Made by a program: the position numbers and the translations under genes
Notes under the pieces: generated by a model
Database searches by the model: none
What the model saw: only the letters and a program-made list of their open reading frames with translations
What the model was told of the DNA's origin: nothing
In this document: piece after piece, positions 16,542 through 25,637 of the stretch
Layout of the letters: each line of letters starts with the position of its first letter
Position numbering within the stretch: position 1 is the stretch's first letter
DNA from: Bdellovibrionales bacterium
GTDB taxonomy: Bacteria; Bdellovibrionota; Bdellovibrionia; Bdellovibrionales; JAGQZY01
Assembly: GCA_019750295.1 (NCBI GenBank)
Contig: JAIEOS010000012.1
Coordinates: 22,605-86,604, forward strand
Length of the DNA stretch: 64,000 nt
Direction of reading: 5' to 3'

Positions 16542-17387
16542 ATGATCGATAAATTCAATAACCTACAAAAAATCTACGCTGAGCTCGACGGCAGTGTCCG
16601 GCGTAAAGGCCTTAACAGAGACTCTTCGGAACCGATCTATGCTTCCTATCTGAATTTGATAAAGTCCAATATCGAACTAAACGGAAAAAGTGTTCTAGAT
16701 ATTGGATGCGGAAGTGGTTGGTCTTCGTTTTTTATTTCGAAATTTGCAAAAAAAGTAATTGGACTTGATTTGCATAAAAATGGTTATGAGCCCGATTCAT
16801 CAGACAATCTAGAATTTAAAACCGGGTCTGCTGAACAGCTGGATTTCGACGATGAAATTTTTGACGTAGTTACTACAAATGAGTGCTTAGAGCATGTGCC
16901 TCATCCAGATGTCGCCTTGACTGAGTTCGATAGGGTGTTAAAGCCTGGCGGCTATGTTGTAATTTCGGGCCCTAATCTTTTTAGCCTACTCCAGTCTTTA
17001 AGGGGTCTTACTCAATACGTTTGGAGCAATCGACCTTTGTATACGATTTTTTATCGTAGCCCGTCGCTTCCCAAGCATCCTCATGGAAATACATTTCCTG
17101 AAATATTAGTGAATCTATTTAAAAACTTATACTTTATCACGAAGCTCTATTGGATGAAGAAACCTTTGTTTAAGCGACGCGAGCCAGATTTGATCCCACC
17201 CTTTCATGCAGACAATGACGCTTGCTACTACTTAAATCCGCTGGATCTTAAATACTTTTTTGAATCTAAAGGGTACACCGTGGTGACTTTTTCTAAAAAT
17301 AGACCTGGTTTTATGGCCATGATGCCATCCGGAACCGGATTTGTTGCACGAAAACCCGAAACATCAAAAAAGGTCTACGCGTCTTAA
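16542..17387 (+). CDS. Class I SAM-dependent methyltransferase
   Basis: 281 aa with VLDIGCGSGW (motif I) and FDVVTTNECLEHV. It is visibly more AT-rich than its neighbours. Its stop overlaps the convergent pcrA stop (17384-17387). Confidence 0.7.
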   Translation: MIDKFNNLQKIYAELDGSVRRKGLNRDSSEPIYASYLNLIKSNIELNGKSVLDIGCGSGWSSFFISKFAKKVIGLDLHKNGYEPDSSDNLEFKTGSAEQLDFDDEIFDVVTTNECLEHVPHPDVALTEFDRVLKPGGYVVISGPNLFSLLQSLRGLTQYVWSNRPLYTIFYRSPSLPKHPHGNTFPEILVNLFKNLYFITKLYWMKKPLFKRREPDLIPPFHADNDACYYLNPLDLKYFFESKGYTVVTFSKNRPGFMAMMPSGTGFVARKPETSKKVYAS

Positions 17388-19585
17388 ATTAAAGTGAGAT
17401 TGGCGTGCTTCGCGTAGAATTTTTTAACCGTGTTGTCTCTAAAAACAATTCCGACTTTGATGTTGTCGCCTGAGCCTTCGACGGAATGAATGGCACCCGC
17501 ACCGAAAATCGGGTGGCGGACTTTGGCGCCCACTTTGTAGCGAGCGTCGGTGCTGTCGGAGAAGTTTTCGTAGTCGGGGAAAGCATCAAACTGTTGAGTG
17601 GGCTTAGGAGCCTTTTGTGAGTAAACGCCTTTTTGCATAAAGCTCGGTCGCTTCTGCACGGCACTCATCACTTCGACGAGCTCTGCGGGAACTTCGTCTA
17701 AAAAGCGCGATGGAGGATTGAAGCGATGTTCGCCCCAGTGTCTGCGGCTTCGCGCATGGCACATGAAGAGTTCTTTTTCGGCACGGGTCATGCCGACGTA
17801 ACACAAGCGGCGTTCTTCTTCGATCTTGCTGCCTTGCTCTTCGATGCTCTGAGTGCTTGGAAATAATCCGTCCTCAAGACCTACCATAAACACGTAAGGG
17901 AACTCTAACCCCTTAGAGATATGGAGAGTCATCATCGTGACCGCGGGCTTATTGCTATCGTCATCCTTATCCGCATCCGAAGCGAGGGCCATGTCGTTTA
18001 AAAATTTATCGAGAGTGGCCTCTTCGTGATGGGTTTCCGAAAAGCGCAAAATGGCGTTCCCGAATTCCTGTAAGTTTTCGATCCGTGCTTGCGACTCTTG
18101 CGTGTTATCGCTTTCGAGTTCTTTCAAATATCCTGTTTGATCCAAGATCTCTTGATATACGGAATAGATGTCGAGCGTCTTCATGCGCTCTCGTAAACGC
18201 ACGATCATATCTAAGAATGCTCCCATCTTTTGGCAGGCTCGAGGATTGATCTGCTTTTCGGTGACGGCTTGAATGGCCGCATCGATCATGTTGATCCCAT
18301 GGCGTAGACCGGTCTCTTCGACGATATCCATCGTCGTTTTGCCAAGTCCCCGCGTAGGAACGTTCACCACGCGTTTAAACGCAAGATCATCCCGCGGATT
18401 CAGAATAAGTAACATATAAGACACGACGTCTTTAATCTCTTTACGATCATAGAAGCGCACGCCGCCATAAAGTCGGTAAGGAATGCTCGCGCTTCGCAAT
18501 TGCTCTTCGAGAATTCGCGATTGTGCGTTGGTGCGATAAAAGATCGCGATTTCGTTGAGCGAAACGTGATTGTGTAGGGCTTTGACTCTCTCGGCGACGA
18601 ACTGGCCCTCTTCGTACTCGTTATCAAGCTCGACAATTTTTACTTTTTCGCCGCTCGGATTTTCAGTGAACAGCGTTTTATCGTGGCGTTCGGTGTTGTT
18701 GGCGATCACCGCTTGAGCGGCTGTGATGATATTTTTCGTGGAGCGATAATTTTGCTCGAGCTTAATGATCGTTGTGTCGCCAAAGTCTTTTTCGAAGTTT
18801 AAAATATTGGTGATGTCCGCTCCGCGCCAGCCGTAAATGGACTGATCTTCGTCTCCGACCACGCAAATATTATTGGTGTCACGGACCAGTCCCCGCATCA
18901 TGCGATACTGACTGGCGTTGGTGTCTTGATACTCATCCACTAAGAGATACTGATATTGATCTTGAAGGTAACCACGAACCACTTCGTCACCTTCGATGAG
19001 TTTTAAAGTTTTATAAATCAGATCGCCAAAGTCGACGGCGTTGGATTGCGCCAATTCTTTTTCGTACTCACGAAATAGCTGAGCAAATTCTTTATTAAAC
19101 AGGAGCTTTTGATCCATGATCTGGCGCTCGGTCATCGCCTGCGCTTTAACATTATTGATGCGTGATTGACAAAATTTAGGAGTGATGACTTTATCGTTGA
19201 GATTGAGCTTTTTGATGATTTTTTTAATCACTGATTGCTGATCGCTGTCGTCGTAGATGGAAAAGCCGGGATTGAGTCCAATTCGCGAACCGTAGCGTCG
19301 TAAAATTTGCACTCCCAAGGAGTGGAAGGTGGAAAGAGTGACGCGATTGCCGAGATGGGGCGGCATCATACTGTGAACGCGCTCGCGCATTTCTCGAGCC
19401 GCTTTATTGGTAAAGGTCACCGCCAGGATATTTTCCGGACGAATAAAACCTTTTTCGACGATATACGCGATCTTGTGCGTAAGAACCCGAGTTTTTCCGG
19501 AACCTGCGCCAGCGAGGATTAAGAGCGGCGAGCCATAATGCATTACAGCTTCGATTTGCTTAGAATTTAAGTGATCTAAAGACAA
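17384..19585 (-). CDS. pcrA: UvrD/PcrA-family ATP-dependent DNA helicase
   Basis: 733 aa with LNSKQIEAVMHYGSPLLILAGAGSGKTRVLTHKIAYI (motif Ia/Walker A), LLVDEYQDTN and TLHISKGLEFPYVF. TTG start at 19585. Confidence 0.9.
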   Translation of the reverse strand: MSLDHLNSKQIEAVMHYGSPLLILAGAGSGKTRVLTHKIAYIVEKGFIRPENILAVTFTNKAAREMRERVHSMMPPHLGNRVTLSTFHSLGVQILRRYGSRIGLNPGFSIYDDSDQQSVIKKIIKKLNLNDKVITPKFCQSRINNVKAQAMTERQIMDQKLLFNKEFAQLFREYEKELAQSNAVDFGDLIYKTLKLIEGDEVVRGYLQDQYQYLLVDEYQDTNASQYRMMRGLVRDTNNICVVGDEDQSIYGWRGADITNILNFEKDFGDTTIIKLEQNYRSTKNIITAAQAVIANNTERHDKTLFTENPSGEKVKIVELDNEYEEGQFVAERVKALHNHVSLNEIAIFYRTNAQSRILEEQLRSASIPYRLYGGVRFYDRKEIKDVVSYMLLILNPRDDLAFKRVVNVPTRGLGKTTMDIVEETGLRHGINMIDAAIQAVTEKQINPRACQKMGAFLDMIVRLRERMKTLDIYSVYQEILDQTGYLKELESDNTQESQARIENLQEFGNAILRFSETHHEEATLDKFLNDMALASDADKDDDSNKPAVTMMTLHISKGLEFPYVFMVGLEDGLFPSTQSIEEQGSKIEEERRLCYVGMTRAEKELFMCHARSRRHWGEHRFNPPSRFLDEVPAELVEVMSAVQKRPSFMQKGVYSQKAPKPTQQFDAFPDYENFSDSTDARYKVGAKVRHPIFGAGAIHSVEGSGDNIKVGIVFRDNTVKKFYAKHANLTLI

Positions 19586-19586
19586 T

Positions 19587-19614
19587 AAAAAACCCCAGCT
19601 GAAGTCAGATGGGG
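19587..19614 (-). terminator. Intrinsic terminator after the SPOR gene, abutting the pcrA start
   Basis: The minus-strand RNA is CCCCATCTGACTTCAGCTGGGG followed by UUUUUU (19587-19592). The 3-prime arm (GGGG) doubles as the only SD-like sequence before the pcrA TTG. Confidence 0.55.
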
Positions 19615-19634
19615 TTTGTTGTAAAACAGATAAA

Positions 19635-20384
19635 TTAGCGAGTCAATTTTTGAACGATAGAATCTTTCACTACGCCTTGTTTACCGATCTCTGATTGGTA
19701 CGTCATAGCTTCTTTTTTGTTTTTGAAGCTACCGATGCTGACGCGATACCAAGTTTTTCCGTTGATTTCGGTTTTAAACGGGAAGGCAGGGTAACCCTTT
19801 TTGATCAACGATCCGGCCATATTTTCAGCATCTTTTAAACTCTCATAAGAAGCCACTTGGACGGTGTACTCTGTCGCAGCCGCTTTCTTGGCAACACTGG
19901 AAGGAGAGCGATCGTCTTCTACTGGCATGCCGTGAGCCACTTGCTTGTGCTGAGGCGCTGCTTCGTGCTTTTCAGAGTGAGCATCGTGCTTTTCGGTAGC
20001 AGCAGCGCCGTGAGCGACTTCGTGCTTTTCAGCAGGGGCAGCGGTCTCACCGTGATGTCCTGACGCTGAAGCCACTTCGCGCTTTTCGCCATGACCTTCG
20101 CTCTCAGCATTTTCAATGGCCGATTTTGCGAGTTGCTGAATTTCCTCTTCGGAAAGTTCGCCAGATCCGGGCACTTCATCGTGCGCATCTGTATCGTCAT
20201 TCATTGCGTGAGAATATTTTTTATCAAGTGATTTGAGAGCATATTCTTTATCGCTCAAACCTTTTCCAGAAATAATTCCAACGCTAAAAGAAAGTAGAGA
20301 AACTAAAACTACTAATAGTGTAACGATCACTTTCTCTAAACGACTTTCTTTTTTCCCCGGCGTACTTGCTCCGTCTTTTTTCAT
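19635..20384 (-). CDS. SPOR-domain protein with His-rich linker
   Basis: 249 aa with an N-terminal TM segment. The C-terminal SPOR-like segment is YTVQVASYESLKDAENMAGSLIKKGYPAFPF...WYRVSIGSFKNKKEAMTYQ. Confidence 0.75.
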   Translation of the reverse strand: MKKDGASTPGKKESRLEKVIVTLLVVLVSLLSFSVGIISGKGLSDKEYALKSLDKKYSHAMNDDTDAHDEVPGSGELSEEEIQQLAKSAIENAESEGHGEKREVASASGHHGETAAPAEKHEVAHGAAATEKHDAHSEKHEAAPQHKQVAHGMPVEDDRSPSSVAKKAAATEYTVQVASYESLKDAENMAGSLIKKGYPAFPFKTEINGKTWYRVSIGSFKNKKEAMTYQSEIGKQGVVKDSIVQKLTR

Positions 20385-20641
20385 GAACCCTTCCTTGTTT
20401 TAAACCTTAAAAATGAGAATACTTGAGGCGCAGATAAAGCGCAATTCGGATGGCTCTACGTCTAGTGTGGTGCCAGATTGAGCCAACGGATATTCCCCCA
20501 GCTCAGATGTATCCTATTCTGCTTGAGTCCTGTCAATATATCGCCAGCGCACCGCCACCGAAGAGTCAGAACGCCGGCTTTTACGCGCCCCGAAAGGCTT
20601 TTATTGAGATCTGATCGCGCTCTGACCTTCCAAAGTCGGTG

Positions 20642-20656
20642 TGGCACTGCTGTTGC
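20642..20656 (+). promoter_or_regulatory. Sigma-54 (RpoN) promoter of the flagellar operon
   Basis: TGGCAC-TGCTG-TTGC matches the -24/-12 consensus TGGCAC-N5-TTGC exactly. It lies 38 nt upstream of the first plausible fliL start (GTG 20694). Confidence 0.6.
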
Positions 20657-20693
20657 TGAGTCTATCGGTGAGACTAAAAAGTTTGGGGGACAA

Positions 20694-21332
20694 GTGGCAG
20701 ATTCAAATGCAGCAAAGAAGCAAAAACCAGCTGAAGATCCAGCAGAAAATTCAGCCGAAGGTGGACAGCCGAAAGATAAGAAGTCGTTAGTATTGATGAT
20801 CTTAGTCATCATTAATTCTTTAGTCCTGCTCGCCGTGGGCGGCGGATTATTCATGTACGTGCAGACCACGAAAAAGGTGAACACATCAATTACTGCTGAA
20901 GATGACGCGGGCGCAGGTCACGGCGAATCAGCTGCCGGCGATCATGGCGGCGGTCACGGAGCTCCGGCGGCAGATGCTCACGGCGGTGGGCATGGCGGTG
21001 GAGAAAAGAAAGCCGCGGCTCACGAAGGCGAAGCTAAAATTGTATCGATGGATCCCTTTTATGTGAACTTAAGTGGAAGCGAAGGCTACAAGCTTCTTAA
21101 AGTGACCATGAGTTTCGAAGTGGACAGTTCTGCCACGCAAGAAGAAATCGTAAAGCGCCAGGCGCAAATCAAAGACATCATTATTATTCTACTTTCGAGC
21201 AAAAACTACGGAGAGATCTCCGGTGAGAATGCTCAACAGCGTCTTAAAGACGAAATTATGGACACGATCAATTCTTTCCTCGCTAAAGGGAAAGTGAAAA
21301 AGATTTTATTTACTGAGTTTATCTTTAACTAA
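20694..21332 (+). CDS. fliL: Flagellar basal-body-associated protein FliL
   Basis: The track ORF starts at 20478, but its first 72 codons are Arg/Cys-rich junk spanning the sigma-54 promoter. GTG 20694 follows GGGGGA. It has TM LVLMILVIINSLVLLAVGGGLFMYV and a C-terminal FliL domain (MDPFYVNLSGSEGYKLLKVTMSFEV...ILFTEFIFN). Confidence 0.8.
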   Translation: MADSNAAKKQKPAEDPAENSAEGGQPKDKKSLVLMILVIINSLVLLAVGGGLFMYVQTTKKVNTSITAEDDAGAGHGESAAGDHGGGHGAPAADAHGGGHGGGEKKAAAHEGEAKIVSMDPFYVNLSGSEGYKLLKVTMSFEVDSSATQEEIVKRQAQIKDIIIILLSSKNYGEISGENAQQRLKDEIMDTINSFLAKGKVKKILFTEFIFN

Positions 21333-21347
21333 TTAGGGTGAGAGCGT

Positions 21348-22337
21348 ATGAATCAGGTATTATCACAGAGCGAAGTTGATGCACTCCTGTCGGCAGTCTC
21401 TGATGGCGAAATTAAGCCGACCGAGAAGAAGCGCAAGGCTGATGAAAAAGTCGTCGTTGTTTACGATCTAACAAGCCAAGATCGTATTATTCGTGGCCGT
21501 TTACCACAGCTCGACGTTATTTATGAAAAATTCATGCGTTCGTTCCGTGTGACATTGTCCTCGGCGATTCGCAAAATTGCGTCGCTCAATCACTCCAGCA
21601 CTGATTTCTTAAAGTTTGGAGAGTTTATTAATACTCTTCCCACGCCCACTTGCATGAGTGTTCTCCGTTTAGGAAATCTCCGCGGGTCGGCTTTATTTGT
21701 GATCGAAACCAAATTAGCGTACGCGCTGATTGATAGTTTCTTTGGCGGCGACGATCGTCCCTATGCCAAAGTCGAGGGCAAAGACTTTACGCCGATCGAA
21801 TTATCTATTGTAAAAAAAGTGGTGGAGTTAGCATTGGGAGATCTCGAACTCGCCTGGGAAGCGGTGGAGCCCATCGACTGCAGCTTCGTCAGAACGGAAG
21901 TGAATCCTCAGTTCGTGGGGATTGTGCCCCCGACAGACGTGGTCATCGCATCGACATTTGATGTGGAATTAGAAAAAGCCAGCGGCACTATGACATTGGT
22001 CATTCCTTACGCGGCGATCGAGCCTATAAAACAAAAGTTATCTTCGGGATTCCAGATTGAATCCGATCAAACAGATAAAAAACTATGGACCAAGATTTTT
22101 AAAGAGCAGTTGAAAGACGTTGCGCTCGACGTAAAAGTCAATTTGGGCGAGGCGAGCATTTCTATCGAAGATCTTATGAAGCTTAAAATCGGCGACGTGA
22201 TTCCTTTAAATCAGGACGCCAGCAAAGAGATCGATATTTTAATTGAGAATACAAAAAAGTTTAAAGGCTTCTACGGAGTCAGTCATGGTTCAATCGCCAT
22301 GAAGGTCACGGATAAGTCAGGCAATAATCGAAAATAA
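21348..22337 (+). CDS. fliM: Flagellar motor switch protein FliM
   Basis: 329 aa with the N-terminal LSQSEVDALL CheY-P-binding motif. It sits between fliL and fliN. Confidence 0.9.
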   Translation: MNQVLSQSEVDALLSAVSDGEIKPTEKKRKADEKVVVVYDLTSQDRIIRGRLPQLDVIYEKFMRSFRVTLSSAIRKIASLNHSSTDFLKFGEFINTLPTPTCMSVLRLGNLRGSALFVIETKLAYALIDSFFGGDDRPYAKVEGKDFTPIELSIVKKVVELALGDLELAWEAVEPIDCSFVRTEVNPQFVGIVPPTDVVIASTFDVELEKASGTMTLVIPYAAIEPIKQKLSSGFQIESDQTDKKLWTKIFKEQLKDVALDVKVNLGEASISIEDLMKLKIGDVIPLNQDASKEIDILIENTKKFKGFYGVSHGSIAMKVTDKSGNNRK

Positions 22338-22347
22338 GAGGTGTTAA

Positions 22348-22674
22348 ATGTCAGATGCAGCTAAAAAAGATATTCCCGAAGTTCCTCATTTGCAGGATCT
22401 TTCGCAGGACAAAGAGCCCAATCTTTCTCTCATTATGGATATTCCGCTCAAACTTACTGCGGAATTGGGACGTACAAAAATCGTCGTGAGCGAACTTTTG
22501 AATTTAGGTCAAGGAAGTGTGATCGAACTCAATAAGCTCGCCGGTGAACCGATGGAAATTCACGTTAACGATAAACTGATCGCTAAAGGCGAAGCGGTTG
22601 TGGTTAACGATAAATTTGGAGTTCGCCTCACAGATATTATTTCACCTAAAGAACGCGTGGAGCAGTTAAAATGA
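22348..22674 (+). CDS. fliN: Flagellar motor switch protein FliN
   Basis: 108 aa with a SpoA/FliN C-terminal domain (LGQGSVIELNKLAGEPMEIHVNDKLIAKGEAVVVNDKFGVRL). Confidence 0.9.
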   Translation: MSDAAKKDIPEVPHLQDLSQDKEPNLSLIMDIPLKLTAELGRTKIVVSELLNLGQGSVIELNKLAGEPMEIHVNDKLIAKGEAVVVNDKFGVRLTDIISPKERVEQLK

Positions 22675-23837
22675 GGATTTTCTTAGCCGGATTACTAATT
22701 GCGAGTTTCTTTTTTTCATCTTTAGTTCAGGCCGCCGATGGAAACGAAACCTATTTGAACGCCGTCACGACGCAGGTCGAAGATGGCAGCCTCAAAATGG
22801 AATTCGATCTCAGCAATTCGATCTCGGCTAAGACGACCGACGTCAAGTTTCTCCGCCGTACGATTGAATGGGATCTCAAGGGGATCCTTTTAAAGAAAGA
22901 CAAAATTTTTCTTAACGTCGGAAAAAACGATGTAAACAATATCTACGCCTCTCAAGTGGGTAATAACGCGACTCGTATTCGCATTAACCTCGATGCCAAT
23001 AAAGTCGCGTCCAATTATCACGACCGTGTGGTGTTTTCGAAGTCGGGAAACCGTTTAACTCTCAAACTCGACTCGTCGATTCCGTTAATCTCTAACAATA
23101 TTACTGAGCTCAATCGAATTTATGATATTGAGCCGGGCCAAGAGTCCTCCAGTGCGAACTCAAAAATTGCAAATGTATTGGATCAAAAGGCCACTTTGAA
23201 GGTGTCTGCCGATCCGACAAAGGCGGTTGTTCCGGTGCCTGCTGATGGAGTCACAACATCAGCGACGGCAGATGCTGATGACGAAGCCGCCGCCGCTTTG
23301 ATTGATGATTCGAAGAGCGAAAGTGAAATCCCTTTGATCGTCAAAAAAGAGACTTCTAAAGAAGCCGGTTCTTCGCCTTGGGCTCGAATCATGATTGGTG
23401 TGGGAGTGCTTTGCGCTCTCCTATTATCGGTGATGTTCGTGAATAAAAAAATCCAAGCTCGCAAATCCGGTGGAGCTTTCAATCAAGACTCTATCGTTGT
23501 TGTTTCACAAAAATATCTAGGTCCTAAGCGCTGCCTGACATTGGTGCGCGTTTCGGGAGAGTACCTACTCTTAGGCGTTACAGATCACAATATTTCCCTC
23601 GTGAAAAGTCTCTCCGTGATCAATGACGAACTCCCGGCTTTGGATCCTAAGGATTTCGGCTCAGCGACGCAGGCCAGTTTTGGTTCGACGATCAAAGGCA
23701 TGCAGCAAAAGATCGAAGAGTCGGAAGATGTAACAGCGATGGCCGAGGATACTGAGGACTCTTTCACCGTATCTTCCTTGAGTGACGTTAAAAAAATCAT
23801 GAGAAAAAGAAAGTACATCGATGAAGCTGATATGTAA
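22671..23837 (+). CDS. fliO: FliO-family protein with a long N-terminal extension
   Basis: 388 aa. A signal/TM segment ([21 protein letters not shown]) precedes an extra domain of about 230 aa. A second TM ([20 protein letters not shown]) and FliO-like [36 protein letters not shown] follow. It occupies the canonical fliO slot between fliN and fliP. Confidence 0.6.
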   Translation: MRIFLAGLLIASFFFSSLVQAADGNETYLNAVTTQVEDGSLKMEFDLSNSISAKTTDVKFLRRTIEWDLKGILLKKDKIFLNVGKNDVNNIYASQVGNNATRIRINLDANKVASNYHDRVVFSKSGNRLTLKLDSSIPLISNNITELNRIYDIEPGQESSSANSKIANVLDQKATLKVSADPTKAVVPVPADGVTTSATADADDEAAAALIDDSKSESEIPLIVKKETSKEAGSSPWARIMIGVGVLCALLLSVMFVNKKIQARKSGGAFNQDSIVVVSQKYLGPKRCLTLVRVSGEYLLLGVTDHNISLVKSLSVINDELPALDPKDFGSATQASFGSTIKGMQQKIEESEDVTAMAEDTEDSFTVSSLSDVKKIMRKRKYIDEADM

Positions 23838-24567
23838 GGTTCTCTTATTTGTTCTCTTTGCCGGCTTTGCCACCGAAGCTTTGGCGCAGATCACTGTGCC
23901 GAGCGTAAGCTTTGGGATGAAGAGCACAAGTAACCCTAAAGAAGTGGTCTCGGCCATTCAGATCATCATATTGCTCACGGTGTTGACTTTAGCACCGGCG
24001 ATTTTGATTCTGATGACGAGTTTCACGAGAATCATCATTGTCTTTTCGTTTTTAAGACAAGCTCTTGGTACACAACAAATGCCGCCGAACCAATTGTTGG
24101 TGGGTTTATCCTTGTTTCTCACATTCTTTATTATGCAGCCGGTTTTCTCAGTGGTAAACACGGAGGCGCTGCAGCCTTATATGAATCAACAGATCTCTCA
24201 GGAAGTGGCTTTCGAAAGAGTTCTGGTCCCCTTCCGCAAGTTTATGTTTTCACAAACTCGGCCAGCGGATTTGAATCTATTTATTCGTCTTTCTAAATTG
24301 AACGAGCCTAAAACTCGCGCCGATGTGCCGACTCCAGTTTTGATTCCGGCATTTGTGATCTCGGAATTAAAAACGGCGTTTCAGATTGGTTTTATCATTT
24401 ATCTTCCGTTCCTGGTGATCGATATGATCGTCGCGAGTGTGCTTATGGCCCTCGGGATGATGATGTTACCTCCGGTGGTGATTTCGCTTCCGATTAAAAT
24501 CATGCTTTTCGTTTTAGTGGACGGTTGGAGTTTAATTATTGGCTCTATGGTTAAGAGCTTCGGGTAA
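23821..24567 (+). CDS. fliP: Flagellar export apparatus protein FliP
   Basis: 248 aa with [16 protein letters not shown] and [29 protein letters not shown], hallmark FliP/SctR segments. Confidence 0.9.
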   Translation: MKLICKVLLFVLFAGFATEALAQITVPSVSFGMKSTSNPKEVVSAIQIIILLTVLTLAPAILILMTSFTRIIIVFSFLRQALGTQQMPPNQLLVGLSLFLTFFIMQPVFSVVNTEALQPYMNQQISQEVAFERVLVPFRKFMFSQTRPADLNLFIRLSKLNEPKTRADVPTPVLIPAFVISELKTAFQIGFIIYLPFLVIDMIVASVLMALGMMMLPPVVISLPIKIMLFVLVDGWSLIIGSMVKSFG

Positions 24568-24570
24568 AAT

Positions 24571-24846
24571 ATGTCAGATGAACTCGTTTTAAATTTAAGC
24601 ACGCAGACATTAAAGACCATGGCCCTGGTTGCGGCTCCGATGCTTATTGCGGCTCTTGTGACGGGATTGATTGTGAGTGTTTTTCAGGCGATCACGCAGA
24701 TTAACGAAGCGACTTTGACCTTTATTCCTAAAATGATCATCGTTGCTATCGTTCTTGTGATCGCTGGTCCTTGGATGCTCGACACTCTTAAGGGCTTTAC
24801 CGTAGAAATCTTTGAGACGGTGGGAACAATCGTCAGAACACAGTAG
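24571..24846 (+). CDS. fliQ: Flagellar export apparatus protein FliQ
   Basis: 91 aa with two TM helices, FliQ/SctS size, and position between fliP and fliR. Confidence 0.9.
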   Translation: MSDELVLNLSTQTLKTMALVAAPMLIAALVTGLIVSVFQAITQINEATLTFIPKMIIVAIVLVIAGPWMLDTLKGFTVEIFETVGTIVRTQ

Positions 24847-24857
24847 GGGCGTGACCC

Positions 24858-25634
24858 GTGAACGTTCTGCAAATCACCGAAATCCAAGCCTTTTCGTTTT
24901 TGTTGATCCTCGCGCGAATGAGTGCGTTTCTCGTGGCGTGGCCGCTTCTTGGTGGCATTAACGTTCCCGCTCCCGTCAAAGTTCTTCTCGCTCTTTTATT
25001 GAGCTTAGTTTTCTTTCCGTTATTAAAGGACTCCATGAATCTTCAGGTCATCGGTATCGCACATCTCATAGGATGCGTGATGAAGGAAGTGTTTGTCGGG
25101 CTCTGCCTAGCCTTCGTGTCTTACCTTTTCTTCTACGCCATCCAAGTGGGGAGTGAATTGGTGGCCACCAGTATGGGAGTCAATGCCGCCCAGATCTATA
25201 ACCCGACCATGTCGGTATCGATGACTCCGGTCGATCAGTTTTACTCGATCATGGCCAGTTTGTTTTTCCTTTTGATGAATGGCCATCATATTTTTTTGAC
25301 AGGTCTCCTTCACAGCTATGACATCATCCCCGCGACTCGATGGGGCTTAAGTTTAGAGTCTTTTTCTCAAATCGCATTAATCGGTAAAGAAGTGCTGATC
25401 ATCGGCTTTCAACTGTCAGCTCCCGTGTTGGTTTCAATTTTGCTTATAAATATATCGATGGCCATTATTGGTCGAGCAGTACCACAGATGAATGTCCTGC
25501 TCACGAGTATGTCCGTTAACGTTTTGGTGGGGATTTTTATTTTAATTTTTGCGATTCCATTGATCTGGAGTGAGTTTCATCAGAGCTCCGAATTTTTTAT
25601 GGAAGCGTTTATGGGATTCTTAAAGACAGTTTAA
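24858..25634 (+). CDS. fliR: Flagellar export apparatus protein FliR
   Basis: 258-aa polytopic membrane protein between fliQ and flhB. Confidence 0.9.
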   Translation: MNVLQITEIQAFSFLLILARMSAFLVAWPLLGGINVPAPVKVLLALLLSLVFFPLLKDSMNLQVIGIAHLIGCVMKEVFVGLCLAFVSYLFFYAIQVGSELVATSMGVNAAQIYNPTMSVSMTPVDQFYSIMASLFFLLMNGHHIFLTGLLHSYDIIPATRWGLSLESFSQIALIGKEVLIIGFQLSAPVLVSILLINISMAIIGRAVPQMNVLLTSMSVNVLVGIFILIFAIPLIWSEFHQSSEFFMEAFMGFLKTV

Positions 25635-25637
25635 CTT

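Noticed and set aside
16395-17387. AT-rich methyltransferase gene and upstream spacer, as a possible mini-islet or orphan R-M component
   Set aside because: There is no partner restriction gene, no recombinase and no repeats. The motifs fit a generic small-molecule/class I methyltransferase rather than a DNA methyltransferase.
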